Of a stretch of 64,000 nucleotides of DNA, positions 48,392 through 58,110 are shown one piece after another (positions within the stretch are counted from its first letter, which is position 1; each line of letters begins with the position of its first letter). The notes under the pieces are model-generated. The model was not told where the DNA came from. It made no database searches and worked only from the letters and a program-made list of their open reading frames with translations. Source of the DNA: a virus; the IMG/VR virus record IMGVR_UViG_3300036668_000241, positions 8,329 through 72,328 of that record; one strand, 5' to 3'. Position numbers and translations under genes: made by a program.

Positions 48392-49447
48392 ATGTCTGAA
48401 CTCTTAAAGAGTATTGAAGTTGGCGATGGCGGCCCGGATAACAACAACAACACGCCCGATGATTACTCCGAGCCGCTGGAACCTGCTGTTGATGAACCGT
48501 TAGACATGCGGCCCGACCTATCCGATATAGGTATTATAGAGATGGAACGGGGTGTTTGTGAGGACACTTTCGAAAACCGTTCTACTCTACGCCGAGCTAA
48601 GCTCAACTGGCAACCGGTCTATGACCAGAGCGGCGTGCCCACCGGACTAATCGCGGCCCGCTCCGCTGAAGCAATGAAGGAACGACGGATACTATCTCTA
48701 GCCGAGAAGAAACCGCTCCTGGTTGACCCAACAAACAGAAACTCTGACTACTGCACCGGTCTCGAGCTCCTCCTTGAGGACAAAGCTATAAGAATTACTC
48801 CACCGTGGGTAATCGGCGCGACTAAGGCCTGGCGTGCCGAGCAAGAAGCTGGCGGCCCGCCAACAAACCGGCGCGCTCCTAAAGGCTTGCCACACCGCTG
48901 CCGTGTGATAAAGAGTGACGGTATCCGCTGTCTCCTGTGGGGTTCAGGACGCCCGAAAGATGACGGCTTGTGCCGCGTACATTTACGTAATAACCGTAAG
49001 CCTGGAGAAGACGTCGAGCGTGCACGTCGAAAGATTATTCAAGCCGCTCCCTATGCCGTTGATGTTCTCGAAGACCTCATGGAAAACGCTGAGTCTGAAC
49101 CGGTTCGCCTCAAAGCGAGCACCGAAATCCTTGACCGAGCTGGGATACGAGGAGGACAAGATCTTAATGTTGAGATCGAAATAACCGAGGCGCGGCCTGC
49201 ATCTATGGTCGTTGCCGAACGGCTCGCCCGCCTAGCTGAGGGTGCCCTCTCAATGACGGCCCGCCTCCACGCAATAGCCGAGCAAGCAGAAAACTCAGAC
49301 ATAGTTGACGGTGAAGTAGTTGACGAGGAAGAACCAGGGCCCGCAGCTCAGACAACCGTAAACTTTACCGAAGTAGTAGCTCCTGGCACGCCATCTGATG
49401 AACCGATCGAAAAATTCGAAGACCTAGACGAGGAGTCAATGCAGTGA
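48392..49447 (+). CDS. Putative terminase small subunit / DNA-binding protein
   Basis: RC...G.RC...LCRVH followed by RAR..I...A..AV..L..L....ESE.VRLKA..EILDRAG. Confidence 0.55.
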   Translation: MSELLKSIEVGDGGPDNNNNTPDDYSEPLEPAVDEPLDMRPDLSDIGIIEMERGVCEDTFENRSTLRRAKLNWQPVYDQSGVPTGLIAARSAEAMKERRILSLAEKKPLLVDPTNRNSDYCTGLELLLEDKAIRITPPWVIGATKAWRAEQEAGGPPTNRRAPKGLPHRCRVIKSDGIRCLLWGSGRPKDDGLCRVHLRNNRKPGEDVERARRKIIQAAPYAVDVLEDLMENAESEPVRLKASTEILDRAGIRGGQDLNVEIEITEARPASMVVAERLARLAEGALSMTARLHAIAEQAENSDIVDGEVVDEEEPGPAAQTTVNFTEVVAPGTPSDEPIEKFEDLDEESMQ

Positions 49448-49717
49448 TTGATGTGACAGCCGAACAACTTCTCGAAGCGGCCCGGGAGTTAGCTACCAAT
49501 CTATTCAACGATGTCGATTTGTGCACAACCAGGCAGGAGCACATCCGCGTAACTTCTCGAGCGAATGCTGCCGCAGCTTTGTACAACGGATTAAGTAGCG
49601 AAGATGGACCTTTTGGGTTAACTTTTACGTTTGACTCTGAAGACGGAGATATTATGTTTACTGCTGAGGAAGACCCGAGAAACGACGATTTGTAGCTTGA
49701 GCTGCAGCTGCGGCCCG
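48429..49717 (+). repeat. Six co-oriented GCGGCCCG octamers
   Basis: At 48429, 48508, 48653, 48852, 49477, 49710. Confidence 0.7.
49444..49695 (+). CDS. Hypothetical protein
   Basis: GTGA overlap, GGAG RBS. Confidence 0.55.
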   Translation: MIDVTAEQLLEAARELATNLFNDVDLCTTRQEHIRVTSRANAAAALYNGLSSEDGPFGLTFTFDSEDGDIMFTAEEDPRNDDL

Positions 49718-49805
49718 ATCAGAGAAACTTTATCGAAGTTGGTCTCGAGCTCGACCTAAATCTAAAATACTTGACTTTATAAAAGCGGCGCGCTAAGGTG
49801 CGGAA

Positions 49806-50087
49806 ATGTCTTACCCAATAGAGATACTTCAGTTCACCCGTAGGGGCGATGCTACAAATTCAGAACAGAGGTATGTTTTTATTGTCAGCCGAGATCGTCT
49901 TTTCATCAGAACAACCTGGACCTTTAAAGATGAACTAGGAAGTACTGTGGGTCCGGACACGGCCACTTTCACAGACATTAGACAACTCGAGAAGATTCTC
50001 AGGCTCAGAACGGATGCCCTCGTGAGTAAAAACTTTGTGCTCGATGAATACGCCAAAGACATTCTAGAAATGCAATCCGCCAGGTAA
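49806..50087 (+). CDS. Hypothetical protein, likely leaderless
   Basis: TTGACT-17-TAAGGT (49771-49799) ends 6 nt before the ATG. Confidence 0.55.
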   Translation: MSYPIEILQFTRRGDATNSEQRYVFIVSRDRLFIRTTWTFKDELGSTVGPDTATFTDIRQLEKILRLRTDALVSKNFVLDEYAKDILEMQSAR

Positions 50088-50105
50088 TCAATAAGGAGAA
50101 ACAAT

Positions 50106-50393
50106 ATGGATGTTGAAAGAAGCTACGTAGATATCTCAGTATCAAAAAAGAAAGACGTAAAGTCGGCGGGGTGGCTCGTCGAGTTTAAATCGGACATTCC
50201 CGAAAACCGTGTTGTTGAGGCATTCACCACATCGACGGCTGCTAAGACATACGCCGTCTCGTTTTTCAATTCGATTTCCGGCGAGGACCGCAAGCGGCTA
50301 CCCTGGAGCGACTCATCAACAGGATTAGATACAGCGTTCGATACTAGTTATGACATCTCCGCCCGAGGAAAAGCAATCTTCCGTAAAGATTGA
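50106..50393 (+). CDS. Hypothetical protein
   Basis: AAGGAG RBS. Confidence 0.6.
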   Translation: MDVERSYVDISVSKKKDVKSAGWLVEFKSDIPENRVVEAFTTSTAAKTYAVSFFNSISGEDRKRLPWSDSSTGLDTAFDTSYDISARGKAIFRKD

Positions 50394-50440
50394 CAAACGG
50401 CCTGCCGCGTGCAAGACTTCCAGGAGCAGTTATACTGTTA

Positions 50441-50514
50441 GGGGCGGTAGCTCAGCTGGTTAGAGCCCCGAACTCATAATTCGGTCGTCGTCGGTTCGAG
50501 CCCGACCCGCCCCA
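50441..50514 (+). tRNA. tRNA with CAT anticodon (probably Ile2, otherwise elongator Met)
   Basis: GGGGCGG/CCGCCCC acceptor, GCTC/GAGC D arm, CCGAA-CTCATAA-TTCGG, GTCGG-TTCGAGC-CCGAC; CCA not encoded. Confidence 0.9.
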
Positions 50515-50586
50515 CCCGTGTCTCTTAGTAGCAAAACGAATATACTTAAAAAGACAAAACGACAAACTACGATTGGAAATCCAATT

Positions 50587-50913
50587 ATGTTTTTAGAAGC
50601 CCTAATTCTTGGAGCCTTATACCGTCAAGAGAGTGACGCAATAGAGTATGCATATGAACAGCCTAAGTCAGAGAAAGAACGAGACGAACTTATTTTTTCT
50701 TATGTCGGTTTAGGATTTCTTATCTGGCCTCTTCTTTCCTGTATCGGCTTGTTTAAGTCTAAATGCAGATGGTATGTTTCTATACTTCCCGTCGTGTTCG
50801 GCGCGATCCTTTTATATGTAGGATATTCAAACGGGGCATGGACTTATTACTTCACTTTCAGTGCTCTCTGGGCGCTTGTTGCATTTTTTGTACTAGGACT
50901 TACAACACCTTAA
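50587..50913 (+). CDS. Membrane protein (three TM helices)
   Basis: Hydrophobic segments; probable start MFLEAL. Confidence 0.55.
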   Translation: MFLEALILGALYRQESDAIEYAYEQPKSEKERDELIFSYVGLGFLIWPLLSCIGLFKSKCRWYVSILPVVFGAILLYVGYSNGAWTYYFTFSALWALVAFFVLGLTTP

Positions 50914-50925
50914 GGGAGAATAATA

Positions 50926-51246
50926 ATGTTATTGCGAAACTACATCGGATCCGAGATCCGGCGCGCCCGTGTTGACAAAGACATGACTTTGCGAAGTATG
51001 GCGATTGTATCCAATGTAACTATGAGTTATATTTCCGAAGTTGAGCGCGGCCTGAAGGAACCGAGTTCCGAGGTACTTCGTTCCCTATGCACCGCACTTG
51101 ACTATCCGGTTTCCTCCCTACTGACTGAGGTTAGTAGCAAGATGTTGATACATGAGATCGAACTGGAGTTGAAGCTCGGCAGCTACCCAACGTCAATAAA
51201 GTATTCCAAAGTGATCCAGGATGGCGGGTTGACAACCGTCGGATAA
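50926..51246 (+). CDS. XRE-family HTH regulator, ClgR-like
   Basis: LLR..IG..IRRAR....TLR......YISEVERG.KE.SSE.L...C.ALD. Confidence 0.8.
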   Translation: MLLRNYIGSEIRRARVDKDMTLRSMAIVSNVTMSYISEVERGLKEPSSEVLRSLCTALDYPVSSLLTEVSSKMLIHEIELELKLGSYPTSIKYSKVIQDGGLTTVG

Positions 51247-51257
51247 AGTTCTATAAT
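51229..51257 (+). promoter_or_regulatory. Consensus SigA promoter
   Basis: TTGACA-17-TATAAT. Confidence 0.85.
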
Positions 51258-51311
51258 AAAAGACGGAATGACAAAAGACAAACAACACCTATATCTACAC
51301 AAAGGGACATC

Positions 51312-52049
51312 ATGACAACAGGACTTAAGTTGAGCAAAGATCGCAAGGTTGCCAACATCGTAAATAAAGCAGGCACGCAAGCCGCTATGCACAACGCATT
51401 CGGGTTACCGGCAGGCGATCAATTCTCGTGCGGAGGCATGACAGATGTATGCGGCTCGATTTGCTACGCAAACAAACTAGAGAAGTTATTTCCTTCTGTT
51501 CGCGTATTGCTGATGCACAACTGGAACCTGCTAAAAGATGCGGATTTCGACACAATGGTCAACCTACTTGATGAAGTTATTTGCAAGTTTGAATCAGAGT
51601 GCGAGAAACGTTCCGCCAAAAAGATATTCAGAATTCACTGGGACGGCGACTTCTTTAGCATTGACTACGCTCGAGCATGGATCGAAGTTATCCGTTGTCA
51701 TCCTGATATACAATTCTGGTCATACACTCGGCAGGCGTTCGCTGCAGTTGAATTACATAAGTCTGGACTTATCAACGTAGCAAACTATTTCAGCGCGGAT
51801 AGTGCAAACTTGCCTATAGCAACAATGCTACGAAAGACCTACGGCATACGCCTAGCAATGCTTGCTGATAATTTCCAAGACGGTCAAGCCGTTATGCGTG
51901 AGATCACCGGCAAGGTTGGTGCAAAGTGCCCAGAGAATAATAAAGCGCAGGCGTTCGGATTAATCACAACCGAAGGATCGGCATGTAGTAGGTGCCGCCT
52001 ATGTGTGTTCGGCAAGGCTGACATAGTATTCAGCGCGACTAAAAAATAG
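51312..52049 (+). CDS. Mycobacteriophage gp88-like protein (radical-SAM-like Cys motif)
   Basis: NAFGLPAG...C...T..C...CYA, FRIHWDGDF, FWSYTR, C..C.LC. Confidence 0.75.
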   Translation: MTTGLKLSKDRKVANIVNKAGTQAAMHNAFGLPAGDQFSCGGMTDVCGSICYANKLEKLFPSVRVLLMHNWNLLKDADFDTMVNLLDEVICKFESECEKRSAKKIFRIHWDGDFFSIDYARAWIEVIRCHPDIQFWSYTRQAFAAVELHKSGLINVANYFSADSANLPIATMLRKTYGIRLAMLADNFQDGQAVMREITGKVGAKCPENNKAQAFGLITTEGSACSRCRLCVFGKADIVFSATKK

Positions 52050-52089
52050 TTTAGGCAGAGGGACTGCCACCAAATGACGGGAGTACGGA

Positions 52090-52332
52090 ATGAAAGTAAA
52101 AGATCTAATTCAGCAACTTAACGACCACTACAAACCGGAGGACGATATCTTCTTGATTTCTTGGGACAAGACCTTCGGAGCCGGTATGACAGAAGACGGC
52201 GTGCTAAGCGATGAGCAATGGGAAACCGCTGTTGCACTTATGGAGTTTAGAGAGCACAGAGATATGGAAAACGTAAACGGAGAGATGACAGAACTAATCC
52301 GTGAGAGAGTAAACGAAGCACTAGAGGACTGA
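52090..52332 (+). CDS. Hypothetical protein
   Basis: MKVKDLIQQL; GGAG RBS. Confidence 0.6.
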   Translation: MKVKDLIQQLNDHYKPEDDIFLISWDKTFGAGMTEDGVLSDEQWETAVALMEFREHRDMENVNGEMTELIRERVNEALED

Positions 52333-52481
52333 GATGTTTCTTAGTAGCACGAGTTAGAAGGTTGACAACCGCCAGAAAAAATGTAATAATAGAACTTGTA
52401 CGGCGAGGGTATGCGACCCCTAACGACTCGCTCCTTCGCCGTACAACCAAATGACAATTACAATACGACGGGAGCAAGACA

Positions 52482-52976
52482 ATGGGTTTAGATCAGTTCT
52501 TGAGAGTAAGTAAGACCTTCGGCTCGTATATCAACGACACCGAATCCGCTTCATACGACGCAATTAAGGCGGCGGCAGGGCTGGATAAGATCGGTAATTC
52601 GAACAGCAAATATGTCACAGTGGAAGTAACCGCACTCTACTGGCGCAAGGCAAACGCGATCCACGGCTGGTTTGTCAACGAACTGGCAGGCGGCGAGGAC
52701 GAGTGCCAAGTAATTCCAGTAACCCGTGAAAACATAACTACGTTGCGCGATCTTTGCGTAGACGCTATGAGTGTTCCAGCAGGTATGTCTCTTGATACTC
52801 ATGCGCGTACGGTGCTTCCCCCATCCGATGGGTTCTTCTTCGGTGGGTCAGAAATTGACGATTACTATATTCAAGATCTGAAGGACACAATCGAAGGTAT
52901 AAACCGTATCCTCGAAGAACTTCCAGAAACCGGCGAGAGCTGGGACTGGAGTTTGACATATCAAGCATCGTGGTGA
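52482..52976 (+). CDS. Conserved phage early protein
   Basis: MGLD...YWRKANAIHGWFV...GFFFG...YQASW. Confidence 0.7.
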   Translation: MGLDQFLRVSKTFGSYINDTESASYDAIKAAAGLDKIGNSNSKYVTVEVTALYWRKANAIHGWFVNELAGGEDECQVIPVTRENITTLRDLCVDAMSVPAGMSLDTHARTVLPPSDGFFFGGSEIDDYYIQDLKDTIEGINRILEELPETGESWDWSLTYQASW

Positions 52977-53155
52977 CACGGCTTGACAACGGGCAACCGA
53001 TTCGGTAGCCTCTAATCTTGTTGGTAGAGAACCCCCCTTCTCCCAACAACGAGTCCCGTCAGAGTTCTCCCCCGTCCTCTGGCGGGACTCACCTTTCTTA
53101 GTAGCACGAAAAAACAAACGACAAAACGACAAAAACTAGAAACCAGGAGTATACA

Positions 53156-53299
53156 ATGCCAATCTTTATCGAAGTTGAAGACACGGACGGCACGATCTTC
53201 GAGTGGGTAACAGACAGCGAAACTTTAGACAAGTTGCGCGGCCATCTTGGAGAACCGCAAAATGTCTACTCTTTAGTAGCAAGTGATCTCGCGGCTTGA
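53156..53299 (+). CDS. Small hypothetical protein (47 aa)
   Basis: AGGAG RBS; MPIFIEVEDTDG...; TTGACA-17-TAGCCT at 52983-53011. Confidence 0.55.
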   Translation: MPIFIEVEDTDGTIFEWVTDSETLDKLRGHLGEPQNVYSLVASDLAA

Positions 53300-53324
53300 C
53301 CGCGTGAAAGTAAACCTCTATAAT
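53296..53324 (+). promoter_or_regulatory. SigA promoter
   Basis: TTGACC-17-TATAAT. Confidence 0.8.
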
Positions 53325-53355
53325 AGGTAAACACCTACAAGATATGGAGAACAAG

Positions 53356-54018
53356 ATGCCAAACTGGGTTCATAACAGCCTAAACATTACCGGAGACAAA
53401 GAGCAGATCACGCGCCTAATCGCGCAGGTTTCTGCCCCCTACACCACAAAAGGTTCTGAGTGGGTAGACGGCAAGATGATTACGGTAGATGCCGTAGTCA
53501 CAGATCAAGATTTCTCATTCTGGAATATCTCACGGCCTGAAGGCGAGGACTTGGATAAGTACAACGAGTCTATGGGAGGTGGCACACACGCAACCCCTTT
53601 CTGGTACGAATGGAATAACACCCACTGGAATACTAAGTGGGAAGCCTGTGATGCCGTGAGTGACCTAATCCACGGAGAGAAGGAGAGTCAGGTTTCCTAC
53701 CACTTCCAAACGGCGTGGAGTCCACCAACTATCGTACTTGTTAAGTTGGCACAGCAATACCCAACGCTAAACATGACATTCTTCTGGGAAGAAGAGCAGG
53801 GTTTCGGTGAGGACTTAGAGATTACCGGCGGGGAGATTGTCGTCAATGATTCGTGGGATATCCCAGAGACACATGAGGACACAATGAAACGGCGCGACTA
53901 CTGCTATTGCGAAGATGCAGAAGATCAAGATGATATTCCGTTTGATGATTGCCCGACTAAGTTTGATCCGAATATGATAATTGACAAAAACGAAATAGAA
54001 ATGGAGGCACTAATATGA
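53356..54018 (+). CDS. DUF1281/Api92-like ferredoxin-fold protein
   Basis: MPNW..N.L.I.G...WYEW...HW.TKW...F.TAWSPP. Confidence 0.75.
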   Translation: MPNWVHNSLNITGDKEQITRLIAQVSAPYTTKGSEWVDGKMITVDAVVTDQDFSFWNISRPEGEDLDKYNESMGGGTHATPFWYEWNNTHWNTKWEACDAVSDLIHGEKESQVSYHFQTAWSPPTIVLVKLAQQYPTLNMTFFWEEEQGFGEDLEITGGEIVVNDSWDIPETHEDTMKRRDYCYCEDAEDQDDIPFDDCPTKFDPNMIIDKNEIEMEALI

Positions 54019-54248
54019 GTAACGTGACATCACTTACTTACTTCGCAACTGACGGGAACTACGGGAACGCAGGAGGTCTCACCGTTGTAGATACGTCTGC
54101 ATGGACAGACCTTGACTTCGAGTTGCTAGATGGCGTGACAGATGAGTTGCGCCCTACTGCCGGTCGAACGATCTCCGATTGGATTGAGGGTGGTCGAACA
54201 GATGACTACAATACTTACTTCCAGAAATTGGGAATAGATATTCCTTAG
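54015..54248 (+). CDS. Hypothetical protein
   Basis: YFATDGNYG; stop codon lies inside a TTAGTAGCA copy. Confidence 0.6.
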   Translation: MSNVTSLTYFATDGNYGNAGGLTVVDTSAWTDLDFELLDGVTDELRPTAGRTISDWIEGGRTDDYNTYFQKLGIDIP

Positions 54249-54426
54249 TAGCACGATTTATATGATCGTCCCTGCCGTGAGGTGGGGACTTTCGTATTTA
54301 GTAGCAAAGTTGCGTATCTACTTAGTAGCAACACGCAAACTTCGATATAGATTTGACAAGTACTCGAATAACCTGTAAGTTTGCTCTTGTAAGGAAAACA
54401 CCTACTAAACGACAGAAGGAAATAAA

Positions 54427-54918
54427 ATGGACGTTACTAAGTCAGTTCAGGGGATCGCCGTCTATGGTGAGTTTGTACGCCCCGGTACTACCACGCAGGT
54501 TATTGTTACTCCTGACGGACGCAACACATCAGGCGACAAGGTTGAGATGCACATTGTGCGCCGAACAATCAGCCTATCTACACCACGCAAGCAATGGCGT
54601 TTCAGCACACTATCTACCACTGACCCAATTACAACCTACGCAGGGTCAAACGTAGACGCTCTAAAAGAGATCTACTGCGACAATCGCATGAGGTACGCCT
54701 CGTCATTGTTCGAGCAACTGGCACGCGGAGATTGGTTCTTAGTAGCAGATCCAATTCTGGTTGAGGTCTCCAAAATGGATATGGATCATATCTCCATAAA
54801 CAAGACACCTACCAAATTGCTTTATCGCATCACGCAATCCCGTCTAATGATTCCGGGATATCCAACTGACGTTGTAAATGAAGAAATAACCACAACACCT
54901 ACACTTGCCACTATTTAG
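54427..54918 (+). CDS. Hypothetical protein
   Basis: TTGACA-17-TAAGTT (54353-54381), AAGGA RBS; stop inside a motif copy. Confidence 0.65.
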   Translation: MDVTKSVQGIAVYGEFVRPGTTTQVIVTPDGRNTSGDKVEMHIVRRTISLSTPRKQWRFSTLSTTDPITTYAGSNVDALKEIYCDNRMRYASSLFEQLARGDWFLVADPILVEVSKMDMDHISINKTPTKLLYRITQSRLMIPGYPTDVVNEEITTTPTLATI

Positions 54919-55984
54919 TAGCAACGAGCCGAAGGATAAAAAAATGTTATCAGAAAAGTTTGCAAATATCGGATCAGTCTCAGAGCCAACAAAGTTCTGG
55001 AGCATGGTTGTCGAAGTCGCTGCACAAATGGACGTACCAGAGTCTGCTATGAAATTGTCATCAGAGGTATTGCCACAGGGTCGGTACGTCGAACGTGCTG
55101 CAAATGGGACACGCAAGCCAAAGACTCCAAAGGCACTCCCCACCGTTGAGTCATTAGATGCAGATACCGAATATCTGCGACCTAATGGAATGATCTATCA
55201 CACCCGCGAATGGGGAGAGCATGGAGATGTCGCTGCCCTACGCAAGGCGCGTGAAGTTACGGCGCAAGCCTTCACAGAAAGTTCCGGCTCTCCAATGTTC
55301 TCGCTGCTCTACGGCGCACCCGGCTGCGGAAAGACTGCACTAGTTGAGGCTGCTTTCGGTGAGAATATCTACACGATCTTGGGGACTGGCGATACCGAAG
55401 TGGCAGACATGATCGGTGGATATATTCAGACACCTAGTGGTGGCTTCGAGTGGTTGGACGGCGACCTATTAAAGGCTGCCGAAAATGGTGGAGTCTACTT
55501 CATAGATGAGGTCGGACTCATTGACCCGAAGGTTCTCTCCATTGTGTACGGACTCATGGACGGACGGCGCGAGATCACTGTCACCGCAAACCCAGAGCGA
55601 GGCACAGTCAAGGCTCACCCAGAGTTCTATGTAATCGCTGCTACTAACCCAAACGCACCCGGCGTTCGGTTGTCAGAGGCTTTGCTGTCGCGGTTCACTA
55701 TTCAGGCAGAGATGACAACAGATTGGAGTCTGTCACGCAAACTAGGCGTAAGCACCACTATGGTGACGGCTGCACAGAATCTAGCCAAGAAGCAAGCGAG
55801 CCACGAAGTTTCATGGTCTCCACAAATGCGCGAACTACTAGCCTTCCGCGATATATCCGTATCGTTCGGAGTCCCGTTCGCCATATCAAACCTACTCGCT
55901 GCTGCACCCGAAATTGACCGCCCAGTCGTCGCTGACGTACTGACGCGAGCGTTCGGTAGTGAGTGCAAGCCTGCCAAGATCTAA
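54905..55984 (+). CDS. MoxR/CbbQ/CobS-like AAA+ ATPase
   Basis: GAPGCGKT, FIDEV, AATNP, ALLSRF; true start uncertain. Confidence 0.88.
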   Translation: MPLFSSNEPKDKKMLSEKFANIGSVSEPTKFWSMVVEVAAQMDVPESAMKLSSEVLPQGRYVERAANGTRKPKTPKALPTVESLDADTEYLRPNGMIYHTREWGEHGDVAALRKAREVTAQAFTESSGSPMFSLLYGAPGCGKTALVEAAFGENIYTILGTGDTEVADMIGGYIQTPSGGFEWLDGDLLKAAENGGVYFIDEVGLIDPKVLSIVYGLMDGRREITVTANPERGTVKAHPEFYVIAATNPNAPGVRLSEALLSRFTIQAEMTTDWSLSRKLGVSTTMVTAAQNLAKKQASHEVSWSPQMRELLAFRDISVSFGVPFAISNLLAAAPEIDRPVVADVLTRAFGSECKPAKI

Positions 55985-56103
55985 TCCTTCGATCTGGCAG
56001 ATCGGGGGAGTCGGTGTAGGTGCTGACTCCCCCACCCTTCCATTCTTAGTAGCATGGTGATACGCTCTCCATAAGTAATCGGACACTAAACAAAGGACAC
56101 AAA

Positions 56104-57903
56104 ATGGGACACTACAAAATTGACGGAACACGCGCAGAGATGACAGACCCTAAGTGGTTGAGAGTTGGCAGTCAGGTTGGCGCACTCGCAAATGAGTGGT
56201 CAGATCGGTCAGACATTATTGCCTACGTTGGATCTGGTGCTGGTGGAGAAGCCCCTGCATGTTTCATACCTGCAAGCGCAGAGGTTGAGGTGAACGTAGA
56301 CGTTGCTTTTGGGTATGGCGTAGAGCCTGCCGACATTGACTTGACTACGCGGTCAGGACGCTACGAGTTTCCATGCGCTGTCGGTGCGATCTTGCATGAA
56401 GCCTTTCATGCAAAGTTCTCAAAGTGGGATCTACTAAAGGCACGAAAAGATCTAAAGAAAGATGAGTTTGAGGCTTTGATGCTGCTAGAGGAAAGTCGGA
56501 TCGAAGCACACGGTATTCGGTCGAAGCCAAAAGCAAAGCCTTTCCTTGAGACTTGCGCTATGGAAATTGTTATCGCAGATGCTGGCGAACAGTTTGCAGA
56601 AATGAGTAGCACAGAGAAGGCTGCCCTACTGGTCGCATTAGTTTGGGCGCGTGTTGATCTTGGGATTCTAAAGTTTCGAGATGTCGCAAAAGTTACGGAC
56701 TTGATTGACGAATACTTAGGGCTAGATGTGATTGCAGAGTTGCGCGATCTTGCTACTAAGGCACAGAGGCATGGCGATCATTATGACGCTACCGACATGT
56801 ACCCGATTGCGATTGAGTGGGCAAAGATTGTGCGCGAGGTCGCAGAGGAAAAAGGCGAAGGTTCCCCAGACTCTGGCGAAGGCGAAGGCGAAGGCGAAGG
56901 CGAAGGCGAAGGCAACGAGTTTATGGATAATCTTATGGACGCATTAAACGAGGCTGCCGACAACGTATCCGTTAGTAACAGTGACTCACTTGGCGACGCG
57001 GAGACAATGGAAAAGTATGAAGAAGTTGTCAAAGAAAAGTCAGACAAATCCAAAGAGAGAAAAGATGCCAAAGAAATGGCGAGCAAAATCTTTGGATCTG
57101 GTACGGCAGAAGTTGTTGGAGCCGGAACATTCTCTACGTTGAAAGAGACCCGAAATCCACGGTCAGATGAACGGATCGCTGCAACAATTATTGCTACTAA
57201 GTTGGAGAAGGCAAAGTACCGCGACCGTGATGTGACCAAGGTGTCAAGCATTACGCCACCCGGACGGCTTCGCGCACGAACAGCGGTTCAAGGTGCTGCC
57301 ATGAAATCGCGCGGAGTGATGACACAACCAGAAGCATGGCGCAAGAAGGTTCGCAAACAAACGGACGAACCCACATTGACTATCGGAGTCATGGTGGATA
57401 TCTCCGGCTCAATGGGCGACGCTATGGAGCCAATGGCAACTATGGCATATGTCTTGAGCGAGGCTGCCGTCCGTGTTCAGGGCAAGGCTGCAATGGTCTA
57501 CTACGGCAACACGGTATTTCCCACACTTCGACCCGGCGAGCGCATGGATCAGGTCAAGGTCTATACCGCTTCCGACGCAACCGAAAAGTTTAATGACGCT
57601 TTCCTTGCTCTTGACGGTTCGATCAACCTGCTAAACGGCGAGGGTGCAAGACTGCTGGTAGTTGTTAGTGACGGTCACTATGTCAGGGACGAGGCGGTCG
57701 CTGCCCAACGCTGGGTCAAGCGGTGCGCTGAACAGGGCGTGGCGGTTGTATGGCTACCGTTTGACGAAGGTTCAACGGCTAGGGCATTGGCTGGTGACAA
57801 CGCGGTCGTACTATCCGGCAGGTTTAGCCCAACGGCTGCTGCCGACAAGATCGGTGCTGCATGTGAAAAAGCGATCTCAAGCGCAACGGCGCGCAAGATG
57901 TAG
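56104..57903 (+). CDS. VWA-domain partner protein (CobT-like) with HExxH motif
   Basis: HEAFH, LEESRIE, acidic GE linker, MIDAS DISGS, VVSDG. Confidence 0.85.
   Translation: MGHYKIDGTRAEMTDPKWLRVGSQVGALANEWSDRSDIIAYVGSGAGGEAPACFIPASAEVEVNVDVAFGYGVEPADIDLTTRSGRYEFPCAVGAILHEAFHAKFSKWDLLKARKDLKKDEFEALMLLEESRIEAHGIRSKPKAKPFLETCAMEIVIADAGEQFAEMSSTEKAALLVALVWARVDLGILKFRDVAKVTDLIDEYLGLDVIAELRDLATKAQRHGDHYDATDMYPIAIEWAKIVREVAEEKGEGSPDSGEGEGEGEGEGEGNEFMDNLMDALNEAADNVSVSNSDSLGDAETMEKYEEVVKEKSDKSKERKDAKEMASKIFGSGTAEVVGAGTFSTLKETRNPRSDERIAATIIATKLEKAKYRDRDVTKVSSITPPGRLRARTAVQGAAMKSRGVMTQPEAWRKKVRKQTDEPTLTIGVMVDISGSMGDAMEPMATMAYVLSEAAVRVQGKAAMVYYGNTVFPTLRPGERMDQVKVYTASDATEKFNDAFLALDGSINLLNGEGARLLVVVSDGHYVRDEAVAAQRWVKRCAEQGVAVVWLPFDEGSTARALAGDNAVVLSGRFSPTAAADKIGAACEKAISSATARKM
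56875..56910 (+). repeat. (GGCGAA)6 in-frame microsatellite
   Basis: Encodes the GEGEGE linker. Confidence 0.85.
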
Positions 57904-58110
57904 CGCGTGCTACTAAGAAGGTTGTCCCCTTCGTGTCCGGCACGCGCACAAAGTCACCCCCCATGTTTAGGCGTGGGGGGTTTGACTTGTCTGACGTTAG
58001 TAGCACGACACGGCGCGCGATCAAGTTTCGATAACGGCTTGCATGTTGGACTCTACTTTGCTAAACTGAACACATCACGGACAGCCCGTGGTGATGAGCA
58101 AGGAGTCCAC

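Noticed and set aside
57907-58110. N-terminal extensions of ORFs at 57907, 58511, 59699, 60850, 62772 and 63282
   Set aside because: They run through promoters and hairpins; downstream ATGs have better RBS support or align between paralogs
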